IMG/VR virus record: IMGVR_UViG_3300018080_005856
Location: 32,001-96,000 of that record
Length of the DNA stretch: 64,000 bases
Source of the DNA: a virus
Direction: 5' to 3' (one strand)
This document shows positions 45,233-55,967 of this stretch, in pieces. Made by a program: the position numbers and the translations under genes. Position 1 is the stretch's first letter. Each line of letters begins with the position of its first letter. The notes beneath the pieces were generated by a model. That model was not told the DNA's origin and did not search any database. It saw only the letters and a list, made by a program, of their open reading frames with translations.

Positions 45233-46687
45233 ATGAGAAACGTAAAGGCTAACAGCCCATTGCGCCACGTCGAATCCTATGATCCGAACAAATCTCTCGA
45301 GAGAGCGGAAGCCAGTCTTGAAAAGGAAGGGTATTGTGTTAAAGACGAAAACGGCGAATACACCGACGAGTTCGTCCGCAGCGTTACAGAACGTGACGCA
45401 GCTGACATAAACGAGATCCTTAACGCTTTCGCTACAGGCAAGCTAGCCGGAGAGAATGTGACGCTCAAAGAGATCATGACCTCTGTGGATTTCCCGCAGC
45501 TGTTCTATGCAGCTACAGAAATCCTTATGAAGAGCAGGATAGTCCCGGATAGACTTATATCCAGGAACCTTTTCGAAACAATTCCCTACGCAGGTAACGC
45601 GATCAACGTAACGATCAGGACCCTGGGTGGAGTAGAAGTTGAGGAAGTTCCGGAAGGATCTAAGTATCCCGAAACCTCTAGTGCTGTTTCTGACCAGGCA
45701 TTCAGGATCTACCTGGAAATCAAGAAATATGGTGCTAAGGTAGCAGGAACAAGGGAACTCCTTGAGTCTGACAACTGGGGAATATTCGCCTACACAGTGA
45801 AATCCCTGGCAGATGAGCTCCTTAACAAGAAAGAGGCCCTCTGTGTTAAGATGCTGAATGAAATGGCAGGGCATACCCTTAAAGACAATGCAGACGCTGC
45901 AAATGTCCAGCTGGGTTCCTGTACAGGCCGCGGCATTGACGGTGCCCAAAATGGCGCCCTCGGTTTAGATGACATCATGGAAATCCTGGCATGGATGGAA
46001 ATGAGGGGGTATATGATAGACACTATCATGATACACCCATTCGCATGGGCTCTATGGGCTCGTGATACCGAGATCAGGGAAGTCATGATGGGTAATGGTG
46101 TAACCTACATTCCTCAGGGTGGACCAGCTCCTGGCTGGGATCCAATGCCATGGGGTTCGCTAGGTCAGCCATGGAGTAAGTACGGTGGAGCTGGAACACA
46201 GTCCCTTACGCCTGCAGCAGCTAATGCAGCCGGCGCTTCGAGCTGGAACGCTCCTGATTCACTGTATGGCAAGCTCGGTATAGGCACAGGTTATGCATGG
46301 CCTAACCTGACTCCTTTCGGAGCTACATACTACACTACTCCAAAACACGTTGATCGTCCTTTCAAGATCCTTGTTACTCCTCTGGTGCCTTACTACCAGA
46401 TATCAGGAGGAAGCAAGGCCGGTAAATATGCGTGCAATATCGTGTTTGCTGACTCGAGAAAGTGCGGTCTTATACTGCAGAAAGAGAATCCAACCATGGA
46501 ACAGTGGGCAGATATAGAGAGAGAAATCAACTATATCAAGATCCGCGAGAGATATGGTATGGCCCTCCAGGAGCAGGGTAGAGCCGTAGCGGTTGCAAGG
46601 AATGTTGTTATTGACAGGACCTATGCTTTTGACAATGTCAACAGCCAGACTCTGTCAGCACTAACGACAACCACCAACCTGGTGTAA
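45233..46687 (+). CDS. major capsid protein
   Basis: EVPEGSKYP, KKYGAKV...RELLESDNW, IMIHPFAW and KIRERYG HK97-fold motifs; followed by a terminator. Confidence 0.92.
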   Translation: MRNVKANSPLRHVESYDPNKSLERAEASLEKEGYCVKDENGEYTDEFVRSVTERDAADINEILNAFATGKLAGENVTLKEIMTSVDFPQLFYAATEILMKSRIVPDRLISRNLFETIPYAGNAINVTIRTLGGVEVEEVPEGSKYPETSSAVSDQAFRIYLEIKKYGAKVAGTRELLESDNWGIFAYTVKSLADELLNKKEALCVKMLNEMAGHTLKDNADAANVQLGSCTGRGIDGAQNGALGLDDIMEILAWMEMRGYMIDTIMIHPFAWALWARDTEIREVMMGNGVTYIPQGGPAPGWDPMPWGSLGQPWSKYGGAGTQSLTPAAANAAGASSWNAPDSLYGKLGIGTGYAWPNLTPFGATYYTTPKHVDRPFKILVTPLVPYYQISGGSKAGKYACNIVFADSRKCGLILQKENPTMEQWADIEREINYIKIRERYGMALQEQGRAVAVARNVVIDRTYAFDNVNSQTLSALTTTTNLV

Positions 46688-46720
46688 GATAATAAAGATC
46701 AGAAGATCTTGATTATAACG

Positions 46721-46753
46721 GAAGCCGACCCCTTAATTGGGGCCGGCTTTCTT
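46721..46753 (+). terminator. intrinsic terminator after MCP
   Basis: GAAGCCGACCCC-TTAATT-GGGGCCGGCTTT-CTT. Confidence 0.8.
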
Positions 46754-46816
46754 GTATCTAATACGGTATTTATGGTAGAATATCTCAGACTAACACACTA
46801 TAGGAGGACTTGAAAC

Positions 46817-47299
46817 ATGGGAACAGGTAATCAACAAGCTTTAAAGCCGGCTATACCAGCCGAGGAAGTAACCCCAGATGTAGTAAGAGATGGAGTTACT
46901 ATAGCTCTGGGAAACAGGGATGTCTTTTGGAAAACTGACTCAGGTAGCGTGTCCCTGAACGCATTCACCGGTGACATATCTACCAAGGTTGCTGGAAGAG
47001 GCCTGTCTGATATGGATGTTATGGCTATAGTTAATGGTGTAAGATCTGGGAGAATAATGATAGTAGACAAATTGATAAAGGGCGATCCAGTGGATACTAC
47101 TCTTTTAACGTCTGAATATGCTCCCGGGGCCCGTAAACTGTTAGATTATAACGATGGAGAATTCAGGGAAGCAGTAGAAAGCAATTTCTCTATCAAACTT
47201 CTAAAAACAGCTCTATCACTTGAGAAGAGTGGAGCAAATCGGAAGGAAAGGATAAAACTACTGGGCGATAAGTTGCTCGAGATTATGGAAAGCAGATAA
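46817..47299 (+). CDS. hypothetical head-associated protein
   Basis: AGGAGG RBS; C-terminal LEKSGANRKERI motif. Confidence 0.7.
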   Translation: MGTGNQQALKPAIPAEEVTPDVVRDGVTIALGNRDVFWKTDSGSVSLNAFTGDISTKVAGRGLSDMDVMAIVNGVRSGRIMIVDKLIKGDPVDTTLLTSEYAPGARKLLDYNDGEFREAVESNFSIKLLKTALSLEKSGANRKERIKLLGDKLLEIMESR

Positions 47300-48558
47300 T
47301 GGCAATAACCGTTGTAAGCACCACTCCGGCCTCAGGGTCAACAGAACAGTATATTGATTACAGTATCTTTGTACAGTTTAGTGCTGAAATAGAGTCGTCA
47401 TATCTAGACAGTACGTATTTCAAGATATATCGTACAAACGAGTCCCACACATCGTTCTATGAGCTAGTTGCAGTTACCGTGTCTAAAGATGGGGCCGTTG
47501 TAGAAATAGACCCTATGTCGAACCTGAGACCGTCAGAGTACTACACTCTGATTATAGTTGGGGGCACAGCGGGAATACAGTCTATAACTGGGGATACTCT
47601 GGGCTCTAACTCTGTTATCTACTGGAAAACAGCAGCTACGATATCCCCGGTTACTAGTACACCCGGGGTAATACCCGATGTAGTACTATATCAAGATGGG
47701 GATCGTACTGACGACGAATATGAGCCTTCTTCTGATGCATTCTCAGCTACCGGTTCCGGCGCCGCGATTTCTCTGGTATCTACTTTCCCTACCAATAAGA
47801 GTGTTGGAGTTACTACTCTAGATAATCTGATATTCCTGTATAACGACGATATAGCTTCGGATTTAACTGTACCAGTCAACATTCTGAAAGGCAGATATAA
47901 TGATCTACCTGTTGATATGGATCCGTTTGGGGATAGAAGTATTACAATAACTGGAGTAGTTTCGTACGATAACCAGGTTGTTTTCTCCATGTCCGGGATT
48001 GTTGATAGTGAGAACAAAGAGTACACTTTTACAATGGCTCCCGGTGTAATACGAGGAGAAACACGTGAAGGGGTGGATTCTAGAACTCATGAAATAAAGC
48101 TCATGGGCCCACTAGATCCTGTTTATGCTACTCCTGACCAAATATCCACCAGGGTTACGGGTTGGGACGCAGAGGTAGACACATCATTCACAGACTATGA
48201 CCTATGGAAACTTATCCTTGAAGCATCAACCTGGGTTAGGGATGTCTACGGTGCTACTATGACTGAAGACAATATGATCCAGGTGAACAAGCTTACCATT
48301 TGTCTGGTTCTTCTAGAAATGTTCATACGTGGATTCATCTTATCTGGAGGAGTCAGAGCCAGAACTCTTCTAGCTATCAGAGTGGATTATGAGCAAACGG
48401 ATTGGAATACGGTAGTAGATGAGCTAGAGAAATGTATAAGAGATTCTATGCCTGATGATGTTGCATCTGCCGGTGGAGTAGCTATAGGGATTAAATCCGG
48501 TGCCGGATTAAACAGTATAGCTGGCTTTAACACCAAGAGATATGGGATATACCGATAA
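47299..48558 (+). CDS. Ig-like (Big_5) domain head-tail adaptor
   Basis: Two VSTxP...I.V.F Ig-like repeats plus a C-terminal PVYATPD adaptor-like domain. Confidence 0.7.
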   Translation: MAITVVSTTPASGSTEQYIDYSIFVQFSAEIESSYLDSTYFKIYRTNESHTSFYELVAVTVSKDGAVVEIDPMSNLRPSEYYTLIIVGGTAGIQSITGDTLGSNSVIYWKTAATISPVTSTPGVIPDVVLYQDGDRTDDEYEPSSDAFSATGSGAAISLVSTFPTNKSVGVTTLDNLIFLYNDDIASDLTVPVNILKGRYNDLPVDMDPFGDRSITITGVVSYDNQVVFSMSGIVDSENKEYTFTMAPGVIRGETREGVDSRTHEIKLMGPLDPVYATPDQISTRVTGWDAEVDTSFTDYDLWKLILEASTWVRDVYGATMTEDNMIQVNKLTICLVLLEMFIRGFILSGGVRARTLLAIRVDYEQTDWNTVVDELEKCIRDSMPDDVASAGGVAIGIKSGAGLNSIAGFNTKRYGIYR

Positions 48559-49064
48559 TGCCTAGATGGATTAACATGAGGAGGCACGCCCGGGCCCTCA
48601 CCAGAGGGGATCGTATAACTGTTTCCCAGGGTAAGTGGATAGTTCTCAGACTCATGAGAATTGGCCATTATTCAGAATACTGGAATAATGATAGGCAAGA
48701 AGCTATCGGTGGGCCAAAATGGCTATACGATGATATTGTCTTGAGGGCAATTTCCAGGCCCGGTTCAGTACAGGCAGCGCTCCCGGGAATATCCCAGACA
48801 GCAGAAAACGTCATAGGGACTGCAGGTATAGAAGATGTCTCCCAGATGATATACGCTATAGAGATAACAGAGGATCTAGTAAGATATCCTATGGAGGGAG
48901 ACAGAATATATGAAATAACTGATTTTGCCAGCAGAACTAAACCTATTCCGCCACTGACTGCCACCAGTATGTACGAGGTACTCAATATGATACCGGATAT
49001 AGGAGACCATGGTAGAGTAGAAATCCTGTATCTTCATACCATAAGGAGAGCAGGGGAGTCATAG
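48558..49064 (+). CDS. putative neck / head closure protein
   Basis: Position; PMEGDRIYEI motif. Confidence 0.55.
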   Translation: MPRWINMRRHARALTRGDRITVSQGKWIVLRLMRIGHYSEYWNNDRQEAIGGPKWLYDDIVLRAISRPGSVQAALPGISQTAENVIGTAGIEDVSQMIYAIEITEDLVRYPMEGDRIYEITDFASRTKPIPPLTATSMYEVLNMIPDIGDHGRVEILYLHTIRRAGES

Positions 49065-49066
49065 AA

Positions 49067-49813
49067 ATGGCTATTAACTATTATGGAATTCCACAGAATC
49101 CTGCTTTTGATATGGATTCTTACCTAGAATTAAGGGACAAAGTAGAGGCATATAGACACCATATATGGACTTCTGATATCCTGGACCATCTAAGACTCCC
49201 AGGGCAAACAAGTATATGGGATCTTCTGATATATGTGGGAAAATGCCTAGAAGAATGGTTGGAAAACGTAGGCTATTCTGGTGAAAACATACTGTATTCG
49301 CCAGCCTATCCTGATATCATATATTCATTGCATGGGAGTTCTACTGCTACACAGGACTCTCCGCATAGAAAGGTTCAGCCCATCATAAGCTACATGGTGG
49401 AAAGAAGAGAGCCGGATTCCCAAGGTAAAAGCCCCTTCTCAGGAAAGGGTAAAATGTGGAAATTCAGGAACTGCGGAGAGTATAAGAGCCCTACAGGTGA
49501 AACTTATAGGGTAAGATACAAGTCCTGGGAAAGTCAAGTGAACTTTTCCTGTATACATAGGTCTGGGACAGAAGCGGAGGCATTGTGTATCGGATTTGAA
49601 CAGTTTATGGATCTGAACGAGAAGCACTTCCTGGAGGCTGGTATGAATAGAATGGTAGCCATGGGAAGATCTCCAGAACCAAACGTAGTTCTGCAGAATG
49701 CTGGAGTTCATTATCGTGAAACAAAGTTCTGGTTTAGAACACAGGAGTTCCAATTCGCTGGACCGTTTGCTAATATTACTGACGTCGATCTTGACGTCTC
49801 AGTTCAGACTTAA
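49067..49813 (+). CDS. putative tail terminator / completion protein
   Basis: Directly upstream of the sheath gene; 248 aa. Confidence 0.55.
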   Translation: MAINYYGIPQNPAFDMDSYLELRDKVEAYRHHIWTSDILDHLRLPGQTSIWDLLIYVGKCLEEWLENVGYSGENILYSPAYPDIIYSLHGSSTATQDSPHRKVQPIISYMVERREPDSQGKSPFSGKGKMWKFRNCGEYKSPTGETYRVRYKSWESQVNFSCIHRSGTEAEALCIGFEQFMDLNEKHFLEAGMNRMVAMGRSPEPNVVLQNAGVHYRETKFWFRTQEFQFAGPFANITDVDLDVSVQT

Positions 49814-49845
49814 GGGTCTGGACTATCTTCTCTGGGAGGTAAAAT

Positions 49846-52275
49846 ATGAGCCTTGAAGAATACAACGGTGTACGCTCAACGATCATAGATCAGAAGACTA
49901 ACCCTCCTGTTGGTAATGTATCCAGACAAAGTACATTCATCTTCGGGACGGCCAAGTCAGGCCCAAGACATACCCCTACTAGAGTAACCACAGATAGTGT
50001 CAGAAGTATATTCGGGGAGGTTCCCATAGACTCCAGTTTTGATACTTCTCTTGTACGTGGTTACTATGAGTACATACAGTCATGTAAGGGCACTCCTGAT
50101 GTTTCTTTGATCAGAGTTGGTACCACATCACCGGCCAGAATAGACCTATACGAGAATGTAACTACCCTATCTGGGGAGTTAAGCTATACTCTAGACGGAA
50201 GTACTCCATCTAAATCCATGTATATTCAAGCTTTGACCGAAGGGTCAGAGATGAATGCTACAACTGTGGAAGTCACAGAGGATGATACAACTGGATTACC
50301 TTCGTATATGGAAATAGAACTTCCGGACGGGACTGTAGCTGGCTATAATCTTTCTCCATCTTCCAGTGCGGCTGGAGTGGTTACACGTGTTTCAGAACTA
50401 TGCGCGTATATAAACTCCAATTCCTCATTGAATGAGTACATAGTAGCAGGGTTCACTGCTCTAGAAGAGACAATTGAACTCACTATTACAGCCGTTAGTG
50501 GAGAATTAACAAGAACATATGAGATAGAGCCCGATGCCCCGGCTGTTAACGAGTCATGGGGAGATAAACTCATAGCTGTAAAAGAAGCATATCAATCACA
50601 AACTATTTCAGGAGAAGTAGATGCTGGCGATATGACTGCAGAATTACCTGTTATTCCTGTAAAGAGTATGAACGAAGGAGTTCCGACAATAACGGACTTT
50701 ATAAGGTTCTCTACTCTTGAAACCGTTGTAACAGTAACGCCTGATCTTGTGGGTCAAACAAACTATGAGGCAGATCTGTACTGTGCATCAGTTACTGGAT
50801 GGGATAATAGCTACGACATTTCAGGAAACTCTGAGCATGGATGGAGCTTTAAGCTCTATGTTAAACGTTCAGGTTCCACTTCCAACACAGAACTTACCGT
50901 AGATACAGATTATACTATCGACTCTACGAATGGGGCGGTAACTATAATAGCTGCTCTTCAGGTAGGGGATGTGTATTATGCGACTTACCGGTATGAGGTT
51001 TCTTACTCTGAGGCCAAGAGGCGGTCAGAGTTAACTAGTGGATCGGCTAGGAGCTACTTCATTACTGGAGATGAGATCATATTTGGTGCGGCTCAGCCGG
51101 CCGATATGTTGGTATACTATACTACCAACGTATATATGGATTCATCTGATATAACTATCAACAGCTTTCTTGACCCTGTTATCACGTTCAACAATGCTGA
51201 TAATCTGCCGGAAGAAGGTGGTACGGTATACCTCACTATACAGTATGAGCCAGAACTACCGGCGGCCAGTGGGAAAGTATTGCCTGGTAGTGTAACACAG
51301 CCGGGTTCACTAAGTGGTGGATCAGATGGTCGTATCCTGAGCAAGAAAGACTACGAAGACGCTGTAGTAGATGCTCTTGTAGCAGTCGACCTTTACCCAA
51401 GGCGCCATAACGTAATTATGGGGTGTTACCTTGACGATACTGTATCAGGATACAACGCTGAAACAGGTCTTGCAGAGAATCAAGCTCTCAATATGTGGTC
51501 AACATTCTTGCCATATATAGATAGGGCATCTAATCTTACCAATGAGTGTGATATGGAGATTCCAGTTAGACCATGTGCAGACCTGACACAGGATAATGTA
51601 AACACCTGGATCGGTAAGCTGATAAACAACTCGGATACAGACCCAAATAGACCAGCTAATATCATAGACTCGGTCAACAACTTCCGTGCTGAAGCTCCTC
51701 TAGGGGTTCTCATTGTGACCATTCCAGAAGTAAACGGCGGTAGAAGGTACTTTGCTAACCCTGGCTGTATATATGCCGGCTACAAGCAAAATATGCCATA
51801 CGATAGGTCAGCTACCCATGACTTCCTTCCTGGTAATATTAAAGACCTTGGTGTCAAGATCTTTAACGCGGAGACAATAGGCAAGTTAAACCTGAAAAGG
51901 TATACAACTGCTATACTTGACTACGCGGGGAGATTCATATGGGCAGATGCTCCTACTCTCGGTATAAAGTACCGGTCCCAGTTTGACAGACAGTTTGTCA
52001 GGGATACCGTATACCTTGCGGTAGGTATGGCACGAGAAGTAGCTGAGAAGTACATTGGTAAACCAAGGCTACCTCAGTATATAATATCTATGAAGAAGGA
52101 TGTTTCGAAAGCTCTGGACATGCTAGTTCCGGATGTTCTCAACGACTTCTATGTAGATGTTGTACCAGTAGTTGATGGATACATCACTGGTAAGACTAAA
52201 CTGAGAATGATGCTGGTAACAGCTAAAGAAATCAGGACGGTCGAGATAGAGACTTCCGTCAGCTTGGTACAGTAA
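49846..52275 (+). CDS. tail sheath protein
   Basis: FIFGTAKSGP...P...FG N-terminus, LSGGSDG, and C-terminal KEIRTVEI sheath motifs. Confidence 0.9.
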   Translation: MSLEEYNGVRSTIIDQKTNPPVGNVSRQSTFIFGTAKSGPRHTPTRVTTDSVRSIFGEVPIDSSFDTSLVRGYYEYIQSCKGTPDVSLIRVGTTSPARIDLYENVTTLSGELSYTLDGSTPSKSMYIQALTEGSEMNATTVEVTEDDTTGLPSYMEIELPDGTVAGYNLSPSSSAAGVVTRVSELCAYINSNSSLNEYIVAGFTALEETIELTITAVSGELTRTYEIEPDAPAVNESWGDKLIAVKEAYQSQTISGEVDAGDMTAELPVIPVKSMNEGVPTITDFIRFSTLETVVTVTPDLVGQTNYEADLYCASVTGWDNSYDISGNSEHGWSFKLYVKRSGSTSNTELTVDTDYTIDSTNGAVTIIAALQVGDVYYATYRYEVSYSEAKRRSELTSGSARSYFITGDEIIFGAAQPADMLVYYTTNVYMDSSDITINSFLDPVITFNNADNLPEEGGTVYLTIQYEPELPAASGKVLPGSVTQPGSLSGGSDGRILSKKDYEDAVVDALVAVDLYPRRHNVIMGCYLDDTVSGYNAETGLAENQALNMWSTFLPYIDRASNLTNECDMEIPVRPCADLTQDNVNTWIGKLINNSDTDPNRPANIIDSVNNFRAEAPLGVLIVTIPEVNGGRRYFANPGCIYAGYKQNMPYDRSATHDFLPGNIKDLGVKIFNAETIGKLNLKRYTTAILDYAGRFIWADAPTLGIKYRSQFDRQFVRDTVYLAVGMAREVAEKYIGKPRLPQYIISMKKDVSKALDMLVPDVLNDFYVDVVPVVDGYITGKTKLRMMLVTAKEIRTVEIETSVSLVQ

Positions 52276-52286
52276 GGAGGTAATAA

Positions 52287-53087
52287 ATGAGTGTAGAAGG
52301 TTCAAACAGCGTAGTATCTCAGTTTACACAAACATATACTACGTTTAGTGGTGTCGATATAACGGCCCTGTTTGATGATATGACAGTAATGACTGTTCAG
52401 GGTATTGCAGTGTCAATTACCCGAGAAAAGGTCCCTGTCTACGTTTTCGGAAGAGCAAGGCCAGTCTCCATATCGCGTGGAAAGAGAGGTATAGCTGGAA
52501 CTTTACAGTTCGTTCTGTTTGACAGAGACGCGCTATACCATCTCATGCAAAATCCAGATCACTTCTATTACGCACATGCGGATGAAGTAAACTGGCTCAC
52601 AAATGCGGCAAATATGGCCAATTACCCAGGTCAACAGGGTACTGCTCAGATGGAAGACGGAACACAGCGTCCAGCTGGAGTTGCCAGGTCCCAAACAGCA
52701 ATACCCGACTACATGGATCAAATATGGCCATTTGACGTAACTCTGGTTGCCCAGAATGAGTATGGGCAAGGAGCATGGTCAGCCATAATAGGTCTGGAGA
52801 TCATAAACGAAGGTGGTGGTATCAGTATGGATGATCTCACCAATGAAGAGCAAGCGACATATATCGCGTTGCATAGAGTCCCATGGACAACCCTCTCACC
52901 TCTAGATAGAGATGAAGGTAATACCGACTACTGGGTATCTCAAGTACAGCTTTCAACAGATGGCAGGCTTGGTATATTTGGTGGCCGTCCTGGTGAGGAT
53001 TCTACCTTCGTTCCTGCTGGATATAACGAGGATGCGTATACTTATACAGCTAATCCTACTGAAGACGTTGTATATCCCAGCACCTAA
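52287..53087 (+). CDS. tail tube protein
   Basis: Directly after the sheath gene; TFSGVDI, REKVPVYVFG, SRGKRGIAGTL and DQIWPFDVTL. Confidence 0.88.
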   Translation: MSVEGSNSVVSQFTQTYTTFSGVDITALFDDMTVMTVQGIAVSITREKVPVYVFGRARPVSISRGKRGIAGTLQFVLFDRDALYHLMQNPDHFYYAHADEVNWLTNAANMANYPGQQGTAQMEDGTQRPAGVARSQTAIPDYMDQIWPFDVTLVAQNEYGQGAWSAIIGLEIINEGGGISMDDLTNEEQATYIALHRVPWTTLSPLDRDEGNTDYWVSQVQLSTDGRLGIFGGRPGEDSTFVPAGYNEDAYTYTANPTEDVVYPST

Positions 53088-53148
53088 CAATTAAGGCAGT
53101 TCCTCCTTTCCGTTAGTCCTCCACTCTCCATCTAACAAGATAGAGAGC

Positions 53149-53179
53149 GAAGCCGGGTCAGAAATGGCCCGGTTTCTTT
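53149..53179 (+). terminator. intrinsic terminator after tail tube
   Basis: GAAGCCGGGTCA-GAAA-TGGCCCGGTTTC-TTT. Confidence 0.85.
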
Positions 53180-53270
53180 ATATTACAGTTGCAAAAAGCT
53201 ACAGTATACGTTAACTTTTGCACTTAGAATATCATAGGTTGCGCATTATTGCGCTATGGTGATATAATTC

Positions 53271-53462
53271 ATGAGAGGTATGACATATATGAGAAAGAGG
53301 GGAAACTACGTCAAATGCCCACTATGTGGGGGAAAGGGACAGGTGCAAGACAAGGATACTAAGGAACTGCTACCGTGTCCCAAATGTGACAGAGGCTTTA
53401 TCCATGTGTCTGATGTTGGTTCAACAATGATATTTGATGAGGATGATGGTTATATAGACTAA
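53271..53462 (+). CDS. small zinc-finger protein
   Basis: CPLCGGKG...CPKCDRG (DnaJ-like CxxCxGxG). Confidence 0.7.
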   Translation: MRGMTYMRKRGNYVKCPLCGGKGQVQDKDTKELLPCPKCDRGFIHVSDVGSTMIFDEDDGYID

Positions 53463-54856
53463 TGGCTACTACAGATATTGACTCTCGTATAGCTAATATC
53501 GATCCAGATAAGGTAGATGATTATATATCATCACCGATGTATCCTACAGTAATGGACTACCCTGAGTCTATATCCGTTGGGGATAAGCTGTTTCCGTTGC
53601 TGTATATATACTATTTTGGGAACCCAACAGATTATTCAAAGATATCAAACACCAATCTATTCACCAAAGGTATGGAAGACTATATAGAGTTGATATCTGC
53701 GGTAGGTGGTTATTCTGAGTCTAAAAGTGCCCAGATGATAACAACATGGGTCAAAAGCACACAGGCGCTGAAGAAGTTCCGTCTTATGTTTGACTCAGCA
53801 TGCAAGAATAACCCGCAATTCGTATGGCTTATGGCAAACGCAGCATCTGCAGCAATGAAGAAGTACTCTAGTAGATTAAGTTACGATGATGAGAGGCCTC
53901 TACCTGGGTCAACATATTACAGACAACATTTGCCCAACGGGAAAACAAAGTTCTCATCTGTCCCTGCTATAAATGGAAATACTGGTACTGATATAGGAAC
54001 CTCCATGGAAGCTCTCAGAATACTATTTGAGAACGGACTTCTTACCTACGACTATGACCTGGGGATAAGGCCAATCAACATATTCACTGGAGAAATGTCA
54101 GAGGAGAAAGAGGAACTAAACAAGGAAAATGTTACTGCAAGATACTTAGGCCTCCCGACAAGAGGAATATTCACTGCCAGTAAAACCAAGAAGGGGTCCT
54201 CTATGTATCATACCTTTTCCGGTATAGATATAAATGCCCTAGCGTCTCTAGACACCAATGTTGCTGACCTGAACCAGCTGCTCTCATTATCCTGGTCCAT
54301 ACATAGGGGAACAACCTCTCTGAGAACTGTTGGGAAGGCTTCTCCCGGAGGTAGAGTTAAAGGGGGCAGAACTGTTGCTGGCACTATGGTATTCGCGCTA
54401 ACTGACCATCACCCACTACGGGATATTATCCCTGATACCTGGGAGGGGAGAAAGACTCAAGTGCTTAATGATCCAGACAACTGGAAGCCCCTTGTAATGG
54501 CGGACGAGATTCCAGGGTTTGATCTAGTATTAACCCTTACCAACGAGTACGGGTTTGCTGCTATCACTACGCTGTATGGTGTTCAAATAGCTGACGAGGG
54601 TGGGGTCTTCGGAATGGATAACCTTATGACTGAAATGGTACTACAGTATACAGCTGTAGCTATGGATCCTATAATGGAAGTATCTCTGGATGAGAATGGG
54701 GTCATAGATCCTTTTGGTATCCTACAGGGGGGTTATTCCAAAATGTGGAGAAAGCGGGAACTCATATCAGCCGGCGCTGGATTCTCAGACTTGGAAGCAG
54801 CATATGAGAGGTATTATGATACAGTACTATTCACTCCGAAAGTAAGAAGTAAATAA
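53462..54856 (+). CDS. tube-like domain protein (baseplate/tube initiator)
   Basis: C-terminal half paralogous to the tube protein: TFSGIDI, KGGRTVAGTMVF, DEIPGFDLVLTLTNEYG. Confidence 0.75.
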   Translation: MATTDIDSRIANIDPDKVDDYISSPMYPTVMDYPESISVGDKLFPLLYIYYFGNPTDYSKISNTNLFTKGMEDYIELISAVGGYSESKSAQMITTWVKSTQALKKFRLMFDSACKNNPQFVWLMANAASAAMKKYSSRLSYDDERPLPGSTYYRQHLPNGKTKFSSVPAINGNTGTDIGTSMEALRILFENGLLTYDYDLGIRPINIFTGEMSEEKEELNKENVTARYLGLPTRGIFTASKTKKGSSMYHTFSGIDINALASLDTNVADLNQLLSLSWSIHRGTTSLRTVGKASPGGRVKGGRTVAGTMVFALTDHHPLRDIIPDTWEGRKTQVLNDPDNWKPLVMADEIPGFDLVLTLTNEYGFAAITTLYGVQIADEGGVFGMDNLMTEMVLQYTAVAMDPIMEVSLDENGVIDPFGILQGGYSKMWRKRELISAGAGFSDLEAAYERYYDTVLFTPKVRSK

Positions 54857-54952
54857 CTATAATGGCCACAATCAAAGATGCTACTGGCCCTAGGGCCGCC
54901 AGCAAGGCAAAGCCTATTAACGCACCTATTACATGTCCAAAAGCTGATAACA

Positions 54953-55957
54953 TTAGGGGTACTCCCAGTTAATACCATCAGTAGTGTATCTGTTGTATAA
55001 AACGTAGTAGTGCTCCTGGTCGTCTGAATTCCACTCATAATAACCACCAACGATGTTCCATATTTTATCCTTGTATACTATTGCACTATAAGCCGGAAAC
55101 GAGAAATTGTATGGGCAACCCGTACCGTAAAGTGAATCCATGGATACTCTGGACCAGTTCTCTAAATCGTCTATAGTGGTATTCCATATATCATATAACT
55201 TTTGAGGAACTGTACCATATGCTTCTCTTCCTCCCATTACCCAGAACTTATTGTTATAAACAAGAAACGCATGGCCTGTTCTATGCGGGACCAGCGTGTC
55301 TAGAGTTATGGCTTCCCACGTAACAGCATTATCTGATACAAACAGACCACTGCCTGAAGATATATATATTCTACCGTCATATACGACACATCTAGGATGT
55401 CCAGATTCTAGGTTAGAATTATAACATCGCCAGGTTTCTCCATCGGTAGATGAACAAGCTGTACTGGCAGCTTCTAAGGAAGTGTGCATTCCACCTATGA
55501 CCCACATCGCACCATTGAAAACTATGAGAGAATGATATGCTCTTTTCCCGAAGGGGGCATGTTCTGTTACACAAGTCCAGTCTTTGCCATTAGAGGATGA
55601 CCATACGTCGTCTTCATATTCGTAAGCTGGTGTAGGACCATCTGATAATTCTCCACCAGTGATCCATAGCTTCCCATTGTACTCTACTATTCCATCCATC
55701 ACCCTGGGAGGAAATTCTGGTTTGTCCTTTATAAGAGTCCAGTCTTTGCCATTCTTCGAAGAATATATTCCACCATAGTCTACTACTCCGCCGTACTCTG
55801 TGTGGTAACCACAGTGGACAAATATCTTGTCCTTGAATATTGTGACTGTAGGCCAGCTCAATGCCGGAAGTTCGTCGTATATTACTTCCTCTTCCAATCC
55901 ACATCCTGGCAACAGAATGATAATGATGGCTATAATCTGAAATATCACTGGTTTCAT
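54953..55957 (-). CDS. Kelch-like beta-propeller lipoprotein
   Basis: Lipobox LLPGC after a signal peptide starting at 55957; repeats of (Y/F)NGKLW.GG...WSS.(N/D)G..W. Confidence 0.8.
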   Translation of the reverse strand: MKPVIFQIIAIIIILLPGCGLEEEVIYDELPALSWPTVTIFKDKIFVHCGYHTEYGGVVDYGGIYSSKNGKDWTLIKDKPEFPPRVMDGIVEYNGKLWITGGELSDGPTPAYEYEDDVWSSSNGKDWTCVTEHAPFGKRAYHSLIVFNGAMWVIGGMHTSLEAASTACSSTDGETWRCYNSNLESGHPRCVVYDGRIYISSGSGLFVSDNAVTWEAITLDTLVPHRTGHAFLVYNNKFWVMGGREAYGTVPQKLYDIWNTTIDDLENWSRVSMDSLYGTGCPYNFSFPAYSAIVYKDKIWNIVGGYYEWNSDDQEHYYVLYNRYTTDGINWEYP

Positions 55958-55967
55958 AACTTTCACC

